Assembly: GCA_977017645.1 (NCBI GenBank)
Contig: OZ360229.1
Span: 29,140,001-29,204,000 of the forward strand
Source: Torpedo marmorata
Taxonomy: Eukaryota
Length of the DNA: 64,000 nt
Direction of reading: 5' to 3'
Below the pieces are notes generated by a model. That model worked only from the letters and a program-made list of their open reading frames with translations, was not told where the DNA came from and searched no databases. Shown piece by piece: positions 37,500 through 51,599 of the stretch; the stretch's first letter is position 1; each line of letters opens with the position of its first letter. Made by a program: the position numbers and the translations under genes.

Positions 37500-40400
37500 T
37501 CGTGATAGGGGGATGGCCATTCAGGAGAGGAACGAGAAGAAATTTCTTCATGCAGGAGAACTGAATCTTTGAAATCCTCAAGAAAGAGACTGATATTTAG
37601 ATATTAAGGGAATCAAAAGATATGGGGTTGGGGCATAAAGTGGCTGTGAGATACAAGATCAGCCACAATCTTATTGAATTGCAAAGCAAGTGAAGGGCCA
37701 AATGGCCTCTGTCTGTATATTTTGCACACGTGGTACTGCTCTTGCCACACTGCTCATTGGATGGGGTTGTTCTTCTAGGCAGTATGCAACAGCAAAGCAC
37801 GGGTTATGCCATAATACGAGATTACAGATCATCAAGGAATACATTTCTGATCTTGCTGAAGGCTCAGAGTTTTTCAGAACTGCTAAATTTTGGGTTGCGA
37901 GATATGTTCAGAATCTATCCCATTCAGCACAATGGTAAGACCACCCAGAACAAGGAAGGTGTCCTCTGTTTGTGAACAAGATTTTTTTTCTCTCCTATTG
38001 TGCAATGGACACAGATATAATTGGTAAAGATGGAAATCAGTTCACTCACCACCTATAGTAGGCCCAGTCTGCCAGCTCGGACAGTGCTGGTGATACTAAA
38101 CCTGGCATGGTGATGGTCACTGAAATTCCCCACCAAATACACTCTCAGTGATCTTCCACATGCTGTTCAACATAGAGAATGAATGTACTGAAACCTTTTG
38201 CATAAAAGTTAACTAGCAGGGAACAGTTTTGGTGAATGGATTTTTTTTTCCAGACTAGAGGGATAAGAACACACAATTATAAGATCAGGGATAGGCCACC
38301 TGACCTCTACGGTTGACTCTGCCATTCAACAAGATCATGACTTCTTCCCCCAAACCCATATCCATTCCTCTAATATCCAGAAATGTATCAATATACATTT
38401 TAATGCAATCAATACCCTCACAGCCCCTGGCATAGAGAATTCCAAAGATTCAGCACTAAATGAAGAAAAATCTCCTTATTTCAGTCCAAAATGGCCTGTC
38501 TTATTTTGATTCTGTGACTCTTAGTTTTGGGATTCTTTCTCATCCAGGGGGAACCACCTCCCTGTATTTACCCTGCTCTGTCCTCTATACATTTGTTTGT
38601 CTCACTGAGGTCACCTCTCATTCTAAACTCTGTCTTTGGTCATGTGGGTGTATTTGGGCGGCGCGGGCTTGTGGGGCCTGTTACCGTACTTTATGTCTAA
38701 ATTTTAAAACAAATATTCAGGCCCAGTTACTCAATTTCCCCCCATGTAACAAACCTGCCATCCCATGAGCCAATCTGATGAATTTTCACTGCACTTCCTC
38801 TGCAGCAAGCACAAGTAAGGAGACAAAGTTCACGATATTCCATGTGCAGTCTCATAACATTACATAATTAGAACATAACATTACAGCAGTCCTTGACGTT
38901 GTGCCAACCTATATATACACCTACAAAAAAAAACCTTCCTACCTCCTATCCCTCTATTTTTCTTTCATCCATGTGCCTGTCTAAGAGTCTTTTAAATGCC
39001 CCTAATGTTTCAGCCTCCACCACCATCCCTGGCGAGGCATTCCAGGCACCCACAACTCTGTGTGTAAAAAATTACCCCTGATGTCTCCCCTAAACTTGCT
39101 TCCCTTCACTTTGTACAGATGTCCCAATTTTTGGAAGAGATCTTTATTCTTATACTCAAACCCTCTTGCAATAAAGGCAACTTTGCATTTGCCTTTTTAA
39201 TTGCATCTCTTATAATCTCTTATAATAGCTTTTAATAATATTATAATCTCTTATAATAGCTGCATCTCTTATAATAGCTTTTGGTATTTTTTGTGCAAGG
39301 ATATTCAGGACCCTTTGGACATTGACATTTCCCAAATCACTCACCATTTAAAAAATCCTCAGCATTCCTCTTTTTTTCACCAAAGTGGATAACCTCAGTT
39401 TTCCCACACTGTACTCTTGCTTGAAAAGTTGTTGCCCACTCACTCAGCTTGTCTACATCACTTGAAGCCTCTTTGCATCTTCGTCATGATTTGGGTTCCC
39501 ATTTAGTTCTGTGTCATTAGCAAACTTGGAGCGCAATAATTAGCTGATCTCTGTTGGTGGCTGGAATAAAGAACTGGTGGCTTGCTCTTTTGCCTGTGAG
39601 GCCCATACAAGGATGAACAAGTGACAGATGAAATTCAATGTAAAATTGTAAGATATCGTGCACCTTGGAGAGACAATAGAAATTAAATAGCACAGGTTTA
39701 GGAGACTTTGTGTTTAAACTCTGCCTGTAAGGGGTGGCAGGCAATTTCTGCTGACAGCGAATCTTTGTCTGCCTTACAGTAGACTAAAGGAAATTTTGTG
39801 TAATATCACATTTTCTGCTTTATTACATGAGAATAAAATAATCTTGAAGATTACAAATGGCATTAGTAATCGGCTCCAGCTGATGCCTAAATCTGCATCA
39901 TACTTTAAGGAGACATGGAGAATTTGAAGAGAATAAAGGAGGAATTTACTGGAACAATTTCAGTGACGAGGGATTACAGATCTCTGGATTGCAAATCTGA
40001 GGATTCACAGGAAGGCCTGTAATTATTGACCTTGTGAACAGAGAAAACCAGAAGCTGTTTAAAATTATGAATGGTTAACTCAGGATAAATAAAGGGAAAG
40101 TACTTGCAATGACTTAAGTGTTGGTAATCGGAGAGTATAGAATAGATTTACGGTGATTGGCACAAGAATCAGAGATGGTATAAGGAGAAAATATGCATAA
40201 GTAATTAGGATTTGAAATGCAGTGCTTTATAGGAATTAGTTACAAATTTAACAGTAGTTTTCTGAAGGGATTTAGATAAATACATTGGAAAAATAATCAC
40301 AGGGATATTAGGTAAGAGTCAGGAGAAGAATTAACTGACTTGGTTTTCAAAGAGCTGGTGGGTCAGATGGCCTCCTGTATAATTCAATAATAAGTAATGT

Positions 40401-43000
40401 TAATTAAGACAAAGAAATTTGATAGACCAATAAAACAGGGATAAATTCATTATGCTGCCTTAAAAGAGGGGCAGTGGGACTTCTGACTCCAATGGAGGGC
40501 TTGGTTCTTCCTAATGTGAAACAGTCCATCTGAGACAATGCAGCAGTGAGCCCACTGAGTGTGTTGCTCCTTCAGGACCGTCTGCTTTGATTATGTGCTG
40601 AAGTCTCCAGCCTGAAACATGAACCATAACCATCTGACCCAGAAATAAAAGAGTGACCCACCAGGCTACAGGCTTAGTTTATGGGCAATTTGCTTCCAAA
40701 TGTCAGATACTGGTTGCTCAACAAAATTAGACATCCTATAGCAATCTCTAGCTTTGTTCCTAAAAAACTGAAGTCACTCAGCATCCTTCTAACTTTCATC
40801 CCATTGGCTATATTGGTTGAAGTTCCATTCATTCAGAGATGTCATTGATAAACTTGTGTTAATGTGATATTTTGAACACAATTCATCATTCTGCGCAGTC
40901 TATACCAAACCTCCTACCAGTCAAATCAAATGAAGAAAGATGTCTCTCTGCTGAGTGAGTGTCCTTCCCTCACTAATCAGTGGGACAGAGGCATTTAAAA
41001 GTGAGTAGTTTCTCGCCAATGATGCAGCTGACCTGTTGGATCTCCCTCATGTTTCAACTTTTATTTCAGATTTCCAGCTTTTACATTTTTCTTCTGTTTT
41101 AATATTTAAGGAAATACACAGTCTCTTTAAGAACAAAGAATCTCTTCCATTTATAAAGCATCTTTCACCACCTCATTACTTGCAAAAGCATTTTAGATGT
41201 GTGGTTCCAGCGATCTCTCAGTTTTTCTCTTTATAGTTTTTTACCATTGGGTCTGGGGTCTGCAATCCCAATTCTATGCAGTCTCACCCTCAAAAGTTGA
41301 AAATCAGACTACAAAAGGAACAAACATCGCAGCAAAGATTGGATAAAGGTGACATCTTCACATCCCCAATGAAATGATAGGCAGCTGAGGGAGTTAAATC
41401 TGACAGCTGGCCCTTCCGAAAATGCCCAATGACAGACATATTGCCCCAACACAGCATTGCGCCCGGTCTTAGATGCTGCTCATCCAGACAAAAAAAAAGA
41501 TGGGTAGAATAATAGGTGAACAAAGAAATTATGCCATCAGGAAAGATTGATCAGCCTCATTCTTCTGATAAAGAACACAGTTTGAGGGATCTCTAACAAT
41601 GAATGTGCTCCATCAGGATGATGTAGGTGTCTCCTTTCATGGGAAGTCCAAAACTATTGTCAGAAATATAAGACAAAGGCTTACAATGTCCAATACGAGT
41701 TCAAGAGAAAATTATTTATCCAGAGACGTGTAAATCACTGTTAGACAGAGCAGTTGAGGAGAACAGTATGGATACATTTAATGGGAAGCTAAATATACAG
41801 AAGGTGTCATTAGAAAGATATGCTGGTAGCATTAAAGGATGAGAGATGGAAAGAGGCTTGCAAGGAACAAACTCCCACACAAACCAACTAAGTCAAATGG
41901 TCTGCTTCTGTACCAAGGCAAAGAGTAGCACCATCCAGAGCTAAATCACTGGATAAATAGGTACATAGAGTCCAGCCTGCCAGAAGAATGGTGGGGTGTG
42001 GGCATCAGAGTGGTTGATATGAATGAATAAAATAGGCTTTAGGGCACAAACTGTCTTACTTTCTCCACAAATTCACCATGTACAGCAAAATCCCCGTTAT
42101 CCGTAATTCAAGCAACCGGCAAAAAAATAAAAAATAAAAATCACAGAAAATAAATAGGTAAAAAATACGAAAGTTTAAAATTGCCGCCCCCCCCCACCAC
42201 CCACCCCCCCAGCGGTCAGTTTGCCAATCACGCAACACAAAATCTCAAGCTACCAGAAAATTCACTTATCCGGCATCTACCAATCCCCATAGGTGCCGGA
42301 TACCGGGGGGTTTACTGTAGTTTCTTACAGGCTAGTAATGATACCAAGACCTCAAACTCCAGGGATCTCAGGATCTAATGTCTTTATCCACACTGGCTCA
42401 CTAAAATGTGGCCAGCTAAGCACTTCCATATGAAATACATCACATGGAAGCTGGGACAGACGCAATGTCTGGGAAAGAAATTGATTCTAGTTATTTCTTA
42501 AATGCTGAGAAACTAGGAACGATGAGACATGGAGAGTTTCAATCCAAGAACTAAAATCACAAAGCCAATGCAAACAATAAATATTTGTTGAACAGTCCTA
42601 TAACGATCCTGACCTAAAAGGGATAAAATAGGAGAGCTTGGGTAAACCAAGTTTGTACCCATTTGAGCTTAACACATTGAAGGATAATCTCATTGAAGCA
42701 TTTAAAGATGATTAAAGAAACTGATAAGGTAAAGAAAAAGAAAGTTGTTTTGGGGATGGGTGGTGGGGAAGACAGGTTTACTGGGAGAGGTTCAGTAACA
42801 AAGACAGGCCATTCAGCAGCAAAGTCTGGAAACAATTCCTTCACAAAATCTACACTTGAAGAGCTATCAAGGCTGAAGATCAAATGTAAATATCACAATT
42901 GAGGTGAATATCTTTGAATAATAAAAATAGAAAAGATTTGAAAGATCACAAGATAACACAAGTAAGGCAGGTGGAAGAAGTTATATGGATCTAATTAGCC
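37500..43000. repeat. Cluster of old CR1 fragments in both orientations within the KDF1 upstream intron
   Basis: Repeated CR1 3' motifs at ~37500-37720, 38270-39530, 39850-40380, 41500-41910, 42380-43000. Confidence 0.6.
42083..42317. mobile_element. Tc1/mariner-pogo-type MITE
   Basis: TIRs CAGCAAAATCCCCGTTATCCG / CGGATACCGGGGGGTTTACTG with TA TSD. Confidence 0.8.
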
Positions 43001-43325
43001 CTGGTCAACATCCCTCAGTTCCCATTTGTCACGAGCCATCTCACTGCAAGGCCAAACATTGATGGCAAAATTCACCACAGACTTCAAATACCAGCAGAAT
43101 GTTTTACTGATTAGTCACAGAGTCATGGAGAGATACAGTGAAGCAGGCCCTTCGGCCCACTGTCCATGCTGACCATCCATTTACACTAATCCTACATCAA
43201 TCCCACATTTCCATTAGATTATTGATGCTAACAGAGCAATTGGCTTCTATTATTACATTATCAGAATTCTAGCACCAGTAGCCTTCGTGTCTAGTTACAG
43301 CCATTTCAACTCCCCTTGCCACAGA

Positions 43326-43411
43326 ATATATATATATTGCATTTGTTGTTTTTGCAATACGGTTTAAATTTTATTTTTAAAAAATATATATATTTTTTTT
43401 TAAACACGCTG

Positions 43412-43442
<31 letters not shown>

Positions 43443-43501
43443 TAAACCGTATTGCAAAAACAACAAATGCAAACACAATATATATATATATATATATATA
43501 T
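43326..43501. repeat. (TA)n microsatellites with a perfect 38-bp inverted repeat
   Basis: 43337-43374 is the exact reverse complement of 43435-43472. Confidence 0.9.
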
Positions 43502-44362
43502 TAAACTATGACCATGACCTCCTTTTTGGAAATTTGGAAATGGCCACCCTACCCTTTCCACTGCCAGAGTGAGGCCTACTGTAAACTCAAGGAACACTTT
43601 GTATGCCACCTGGGCAGTCTACAGCCCAGTGATAGGAACATTGAATTTTCTAATTTCAGGTAACATGACCCCTCTCTCTTCAAAGCTTTTTCTGTTCTCC
43701 ACACCTTCTGACACTCACTTTTGTCTGCTTTCCCACACAACCACACCCATTCTTATCCCCCTCCTGATTCCAATTTTCTCTAAATTCTAACACCCCCTTT
43801 TCAGTCCCATCTGTTCCAATGTGTCCTTTGCTCCTCCCCCAGTAGCTCTACCTTTTATTCTCACTTTCTCTACTTATAAGATTCCAGCACTTTGTCTCCA
43901 CTTATCAACCTCCTCCAGCCACCTCCACCTCCAACCTGTACTCCTCATCTTTCTTCACCTGACTCCCTATTTATTTTCTTGCCTCTTTGTCTGGCACCTA
44001 CAGTGCCCTCCATAATGTTTGGGACAAAGACACTTTTTTCCTTTGTTTGCCCCTATGCTCCAAAGTTTTAAATTTGTAATCAAACAATTCACATGTAATT
44101 AAAGTGCACATTCCAGATTTTATTCAAGGTTATTTGCATACATTTTGGTTTGACCATGTAGAAATTACAACATAGTTCCCTCATTTCAGGGCGCCATAAA
44201 GTTTGGGACATTTGGCTTCATGGTTATTTGTGATTACAGTGTATTCAGGTTCAGTATGTTTAATTGCTTCTTTGTAGCAGTATAAGAGAGCTTGGCTTGC
44301 ATCTAAGCTTTTGATCACCTTTGGAGTCTGCAGTTGCCATTTTTCAACATGAGGACCAGAGT

Positions 44363-47300
44363 CCAAAACAGTTGTTAGACCAAAAATAGTGAAGAAGATA
44401 GTTAATTTGATGGAAGATTTAAATTTGGTAGATATTTGGAGAAAATTAAAGCCTAGGGAGAAGGATTATTCATTCTACTCATTTAGACATAATTCTTTTT
44501 CAAGGATAGATTTATTTTTATTGTCTTCACAACTTCAGGAAAGAATAACACAGATATCTTATAAAGCAAGAATAATTTCGGATCATTCACCTTTATTAAT
44601 GACGTGTATAATTCCAGAGAAAGAAAAGACTATTTATAACTGGAGATTTGATTCTTTATTATTGAAAAGGAAGGATTTTTGTGAATATATGAGACGAGAA
44701 ATTCAGGAATTTTTAAGAGTAAATAATAATTCGGTAGATGATAAATTTATGGTATGGGAAGCTTTGAAAGCTTATTTAAGAGGTTTAACAATAAGTTTTT
44801 CAGCAAAGATAAAAAAAGATTATTTGAGAGAAGAAGAAAAATTAGAGAAGGAGATTGAAATTATGGAAAAAGATTCACAGAGAAACCGGTCTATTCTTAA
44901 GAGGAACCGTTTAGTAAGGAAGAAATTACATTATAATTTATTGCAAACGCGTAAGACTGAAAAATTAATAGTAAGAACAAAACAAAGATATTATGAATTA
45001 GGGGAAAAGGCGCACAAGGTGTTATCATGGCAATTGAAAAAAGAGCAAGTTTCAAAAACAATTAATGCTATAAGGAAGAGAAATACAGGGGTAATAACAT
45101 ATAAGCCACAAGAAATAAATGAATCTTTTAAAGAATATTATCAGAATTTATATAGATCTGAGACAGATCAAGATGAAACGAAGATAAATAGATTTTTATC
45201 TAAAATTACTTTACCTAAATTGACTGTTCAAAGTAAATATTCTTTGGATTTACCTTTTACGATGAGAGAAGTTACTGAAGCAATATCGACGTTGAGAAGT
45301 GGTAAATCTCCAGGTGATGATGGATTTCCAGTAGAATTTTATAAAGAATTTAAAGATTTATTGATACCTTTGTATATGGAGGTATTGAATCAAGTTATGG
45401 AAACTCATTTGTTACCGAAGACATTTTTAAATGCTATTATTACGGTTATACCAAAGAAGGATAGAGATGTATTAAAAACAGAGTCTTATAGGCCTATTTC
45501 ACTGTTAAATGTAGATTATAAGATAATGGCGAAAATTTTAGCAAATAGATTAGCTAAATGTCTACCACATTTAATACATTCGGATCAAGCCGGATTTATT
45601 AAAAATAGATATTCGAAAGATAATATAGCTAGATTGTTAAGCTTAATTAATGTATATAAGAAGAAACAAGATCTGCCACTGGTGGTAACATTGGATGCAG
45701 AAAAGGCATTTGATAGAGTAGAGTGGAATTTTTTATTTAAGGTTTTGGAAAAATTTGGATTTGGAGATAACTTTATAAATTGGATTAAAACTATATATAA
45801 GGAACCTACGGCTAAAGTAGTTACAAATGGACAGATATCGCAAAAGTTTTTGTTATCAAGATCAACACGACAGGGGTGTCCTTTATCTCCTGCTTTGTTT
45901 GTGTTGGTAATAGAACCTTTAGCAGAAATGATTAGAGAAGATATAAATATAATGGGAATAAAGGTGGGTAGGGAAGAGCATAAGATTAGTTTGTTTGCAG
46001 ATGATGTATTAATATATATGACAAAATCTGTTACGTCACTTCAACAATTGGCTATTATATTGACAGAATATGGTGAGATATCAGGATACAAGATTAATTC
46101 AGATAAAAGTGAGATTTTGGCTTTATCGCAAGGGGATTATACTAGATGTAAAGAAGTTACAGACTTTAAGTGGACTACAGAGAGTATTAAATATTTGGGA
46201 GTTAAAGTAGATACAAATTTGGAAAATTTGTATAAATTAAATTATACACCTTTATTTACTAAAATAAAAAAAGATTTAGAGCTTTGGAAAGACTTACCGA
46301 TAACGTTGATGGGAAGAGTAAATTGTATTAAAATGAATGTTTTTCCAAGAATTCAATATCTTTTTCAATCGATTCCTTATGGTATTCCAAATAAATTTTT
46401 TAAAGATTTAAAATTTATTGTTAGGAAATTTCTATGGAAAGGAAAGTTGGCAAGAGTAAGTATAGATAAATTAACATGGAATTATGAAATGGGAGGATTA
46501 CAACTTCCTAATTTTCAATATTATTATAAAGTAGCTCAGTTAAAATTTATTAATGAATTTTTTGATTTGGATAAAACTTCTGCTTGGATTAATATAGAAT
46601 TGAATAATATGGGAGAAATACATAAAGAAGATATTATTTATAAATGGAACCCTAAATTATTATTACTTAAAAAGAAAAAAACACCAATTATTAAACATTT
46701 GTTGGAAATTTGGTCGCAAGTAGATAAGGAGATAGGTCAAAAAGGATTAATTTCTTTAAATACACCAATATATCAGAATCCACTTTTACCATTTTCTATG
46801 GATAATCAATTACTTAAATTATGGTTTTTAAAGGGAGTTAAGACATTAAAAGATTGTTTTGAAGCAGGTAAATTTGTTACCTTTCAGAGGTTAAAGGAAA
46901 AATTTAATATATTAGATAATACAATGTTAGTTTATTTTCAAGTTAGAGCTTTTTTGATTGAAAGATTAGGGAATGAATTAACAGTATTAAGACAAAGTGA
47001 ATTGGAGTTATTAATTACTAAAGTTAATGTTAATAAATTTATATCACAGATGTACAAGTTGTTTCAAAGAAAAATGTCTAAGGTAGGAGAGCATAAGTCT
47101 AGATTGAAATGGGAGTCTGATTTGAATGTTAATATAGATGAAAAACACTGGAAAGATTTATGTAAACTAAGTATGACAAAAGTTATTAATGTGAGATATA
47201 GATTAGTACAATATAATTTTTTTCATCAATTGTATTTGACACCTAGAAAATTGAAGAAATTTAACCCAGCGTTATCAGATACGTGTTTCAGATGTAAAAC

Positions 47301-47985
47301 TGAAATAGGATCTTTTGTACATTGTACATGGTCATGTTCAAAGATTCAAGAATTTTGGTTGAAAGTTAAGAATTTTTTAGAAAGAATTTTTAATGTTGAA
47401 ATTGCAATGGATCCTATGTTATTTTTATTTGGAGACATTAAAAAATTTAGTATTAGACATAAATTGAATATGTATCAAGTAGAATTTTTACGTATAATAT
47501 TAGCAATTTCAAAAAAATGTATAGCTATTACTTGGAAATCGGATGTTGATTTAAATTTAGAACGATGGCATGCAGAGTTACGGTCATGTATACCATTGGA
47601 AAAAATTACCTATAATTTACGAAATAAATATCATTCTTTTTTAAAAATTTGGGGCCCATATACGAGGATTATGGGTTTAACATTATGAATTCTCTGGATA
47701 TTAGACCTACCGGCGAAATAACCTCTAAGATATATTAGTGTTTTTTTTTTTAAGCTTATTGACTCCTCGTTCTATCTTTATATCTCTACTTTTTCTTTTA
47801 TCTTTACTATTATTATTTTATATTTTTTAAATTAGATTAGGGGGGTATAGGGGCTAGGGAGGGGAGGGTGGGATGAGGGGGGGAGAAAATGTAATCACAT
47901 GTATTTTTTAAGAATTATATGCAAGTTATTTTATGTAATGTGTGATTTAAAATTTAAATAAAATATTAAAAAAAAACAAAAAAAA
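44363..47985 (+). mobile_element. Young 5'-truncated L1/Tx1-like LINE; ORF2 open for 1099 aa (44389-47688)
   Basis: EN C-part (SRIDLF, SDHSP), RT (LDAEKAFDRVEW, RQGCPLSP, LFADD), C-terminal CFRC..HCTWSC; G-rich 3' UTR, AATAAA, A-tail; 17-bp TSD AACATGAGGACCAGAGT (44346-44362, 47986-48002). Confidence 0.95.
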
Positions 47986-48676
47986 AACATGAGGACCAGA
48001 GTTGTGCCAATGAAAGTCAAAGAAGCCATTATGAGGCTGACAAGCAAGAATAAAACAGTAAAAGACATTGCCCAAACATTAGGATTACCAAAATCAACTG
48101 TTTGGAACATCATTAAGAAGAAAGAGCGTACTGGTGAGCTCAGGAATCACAAAGGGACTGGTAGACCAAGAAAGACCTCCACAGCTGATGACAAAAGAAT
48201 TCTCATCATAATGAAGAAAAATCCCCAAACGTATGTCTGACAGATCAGAAACACTCTTCAGGAGGCAGATGTGGATATGTCAATGACTACTTTCCACAGA
48301 AGACCATGAAAATAAATACAATGGCTACACTGCAAGATGCAAACCACTAGTTAGCCACAGAAAGGATGGCCAGATTACAGTTTGCCAGGATGTATTTAAA
48401 AGAGCCTGCATAATTCTGGAAAAAGGTCTTGTGGACAGGTGAGACCAAGATTAACCTGTATCAGAGTGATGGCAAGAACAAAGTGTGGAGGCGTAAAGGA
48501 TCTGCCCAATTTTTTGCCTTTGCCATGGTTTGCATCTTGCAGTGTAGCCTCTGTATTTCTGTTCATGAAGTCTTCTGTGGACAGTGGTCATTGACATATC
48601 CACACCTGCTTCCTGAAGAGTGTTTCTGATCCGTCGAACATATGTTTGGGGATTTTTCTTCAGTATGATGAGAATT

Positions 48677-49905
48677 GTGATGAGCAAAGATCTGGACCCA
48701 CTGCAATTCGCCTATCATCACAATCACTCCACAGCAGATGCAATATCGCTGGCTCTCCACTCAGCTCTGGATCACCTCAAAAACAGCAATTCATACATAC
48801 GGCTGCTCTTCATCGACTACAGCTCAGCCTTCAATACCATTATTCCCTCAGTGCTGGTCAAGAAGCTACAAGCTCTAGGTCTCTGTACCCCCCTCTGCAA
48901 CTGGATCCTTGACATTCTCATCGGAAGACCACAGTCAGTACGAATTGGAAACAACGTCTCCTCCTCACTGATTATCAACAAAGGCGCACCCCAAGGATGC
49001 GTGCTTAGCCCACTGCTCTACTCATTATACACCCATGACTGTGTGGCCAGGCACAATTCCAATGCTATCTACAAGTTTGCCGATGACACCACAGTTGTCG
49101 GCAGAATCACAAACGGCAATGAGGAAGTGTACAGGAAGGAGATAGATCAGCTCATTGAATGGTGTAACGACAACAACCTTGCGCTCAACGTCAGCAAAAC
49201 CAAGGAGATGATTGTGGACTTCAGGAATAAGTCAGGGGTATACGACCCAGTCCTCATCGAGGGCTCAGTAGTGGAGAGGGTCAAGAACTTCAATTTCCTG
49301 GGTGTCAACATCTTGGAGGATCTGTCCTGGAGCCTCCATGTTGATGCAATCACAAAGAAGGCTCGCCAGCGGCTATACTTTGTGAGGTGTCTGAGGAGAT
49401 TCGGTATGTCACCGAAGACTCTCGTAAACTTCTACAGGTGTACCGTGGAGAGCATTCTGGCTGGTTGCATCACTGCCTGGTATGGAGGTGCCAACTCTCA
49501 GGACAAGAATAAACTTCAGAGGGTTGTTAACTCGGCCTGTGACATCACAGGCACCAGACTTCACTCCATCGAGGACATCTACGGAGTCTTACAAAATCAG
49601 CCTCTATCCTCAAAGACCCCCAACTTCCAGGCCATGCCCTCTTCACTCTGCTACCATCGGGAAAAAGGTACAGGAGCCTAAAGACGAGCACTCAACGGCA
49701 CAAGGACAGCTTCTTCCCCGCTGCCATCAGATTCCTGAATAATCAATGAACCAAAGACACTGCCTTACTTTTCGTGAACTATTATTTATATTTTTCTTAT
49801 AGTAATGTTGTAAGATGGTAATAATATGAATGTTTGCACTATGATGCTGCTGCAAAACACCGAATTTCATGACTTGTTCTTGACAATTTTGGGCCAGAAA
49901 AAAAA
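48677..49905 (+). mobile_element. Rex1/Babar-type LINE, 5'-truncated, inserted in the right arm of the Tc1 element
   Basis: [36 protein letters not shown]; Tc1 sequence resumes at AATTCTTCTGTCATC. Confidence 0.9.
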
Positions 49906-51156
49906 AATTCTTCTGTCATCAGCAGTGGAGATCTTCCTTGGAATACCAATCCCTTTGCGATTACTGAGCTCACCAGTACGCTCTTTCTTCTTAATGATGT
50001 TCCAAACAGTTGATTTTGGTAATCGTAAGGTTAGGGTGATGTCTCTTACTGTTTTATTCTTGTTTTTCAGCCTCATAATGGCTTCTTTGACTTACATTTG
50101 CACAACTCTGGTCCTCGTGTTGAAAAATGGCAACTACAGACTCCAAAGATGATCAAGCCTAACTCTCTTATACCTGCACCAATGAAGCAATTAAACATAC
50201 CTGAGTACTCACAAACACCTTTGAAGCCAAATGTCCCAAACATTATGGTGCCCTGAAATGAGGGAACTATGCATTGTAATTTCTACATGGTCAAACCAAA
50301 ATGTATTCAAATAACTTTGAATAAAATCTGGATTGTGCACTTCAATTACATGTGAATTGTTTGATTACAAATTTAAAACTGTGGAGCACAGGGGCAAATA
50401 AAGGAAAAAGTGTCTTTGTCCCAAACATTATGGAGGGCACTGTATCATCTGCCTCTGCCTCCACATTTTGTCCAGTATCCTTTACCTCTCCCTGGTTCAC
50501 CAATCTCCTCCTGGCCCTTGTCCAGCCCTGCCCTTATCATACTGCCTATCTCCCCTCTGCACTCTCAGTCTTAATGAAGGGTTTTGACCCAAAACATTAA
50601 CCAGTCTTTCTCTCCCACTGATGCTTCTCCACCCGGTGAATTCCTCCGTTAGATAGTTGGTTTTTTTTTTGCACCAGACTCACAGTCCGAGCTTTCTACA
50701 CCGGAGTAGAGAGAAATGTTTCAAGGATCTCCTCAAAACTTCCTTGAAAAAATAGGTGACATCCTTTCTGTCTCCTAGGAATCCCTGGCCCAAGACTGCT
50801 CAATGAGGCAGAGAAGCCTCCCAGAAAGCATGTGACAAATAATATTCCTGCAAGCAGCAGGGGCGATGTACCTGGTGTTGGAAGGTGCTCTTCCATAACT
50901 AGTAGGGACAAGATGCTTGAATGGCCTTCTACATTTTCTGTGTGCAGGTCGGATGGCATAGTCATGATAACGAATTTCGTGACACGTTCATGACAATAAA
51001 TTCTGATTCTGATATTTCCTACCTCACAATATCCACTGCAAATTAAATATATGTAATTTGTTGCACAAGCAATTCTTTAAAGGCGCTACAGAAATGCAAA
51101 CTCCCTTATTTAGACTTCTCAGTCACCTCTCCTTTCTCAACCTCTCTCTCGTTCCC

Positions 51157-51590
51157 TTTCTCTCCTGCTTTTCCCACTCTGGACTTCTCTCCTGCTTTTC
51201 CCACTCTAGACTTCTCTCCTGCTTTTCCCACTCTGGACTTCTCTCCTGCTTTTCCCACTCTGGACTTCTCTCCTGCTTTTCCCACTCTGGACTTCTCTCC
51301 TGCTTTTCCCACTCTAGACTTCTCTCCTGCTTTTCCCACTCTGGACTTCTCTCCTGCTTTTCCCACTCTGGACTTCTCTCCTGCTTTTCCCACTCTGGAC
51401 TTCTCTCCTGCTTTTCCCACTCTAGACTTCTCTCCTGCTTTTCCCAGTCTAGTCTTCTCTCCTGCTTTTCCCACTCTAGACTTCTCTCCTGCTTTTCCCA
51501 GTCTAGACTTCTCTCCTGCTTTCCCCACTCTGGACTTCTCTCCTGCTTTTCCCACTCTAGACTTCTCTCCTGCTTTTCCCACTCTTGACT
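51157..51590. repeat. 27-bp minisatellite, ~16 copies (GACTTCTCTCCTGCTTTTCCCACTCT[G/A])
   Basis: Direct tandem array; explains the repetitive ORFs LLSCFSHSG / KAGEKSRVG / WEKQERSPE. Confidence 0.97.
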
Positions 51591-51599
51591 TCTCTCTGA

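Larger units (their letters stand above)
44001..50442. mobile_element. Fold-back (palindromic) non-autonomous Tc1-like transposon with nested L1 and Rex1
   Basis: TA|CAGTGCCCTCCATAATGTTTGGGACAAAGA ... TCTTTGTCCCAAACATTATGGAGGGCACTG|TA; Tc1 paired-like HTH and GRPRK on + (47989-48240) and again on - (49867-50076, 48526-48676). Confidence 0.88.

Noticed and set aside
39200-39280. ATCTCTTATAATAGC repeated three to four times
   Set aside because: Local slippage duplication inside a decayed CR1.
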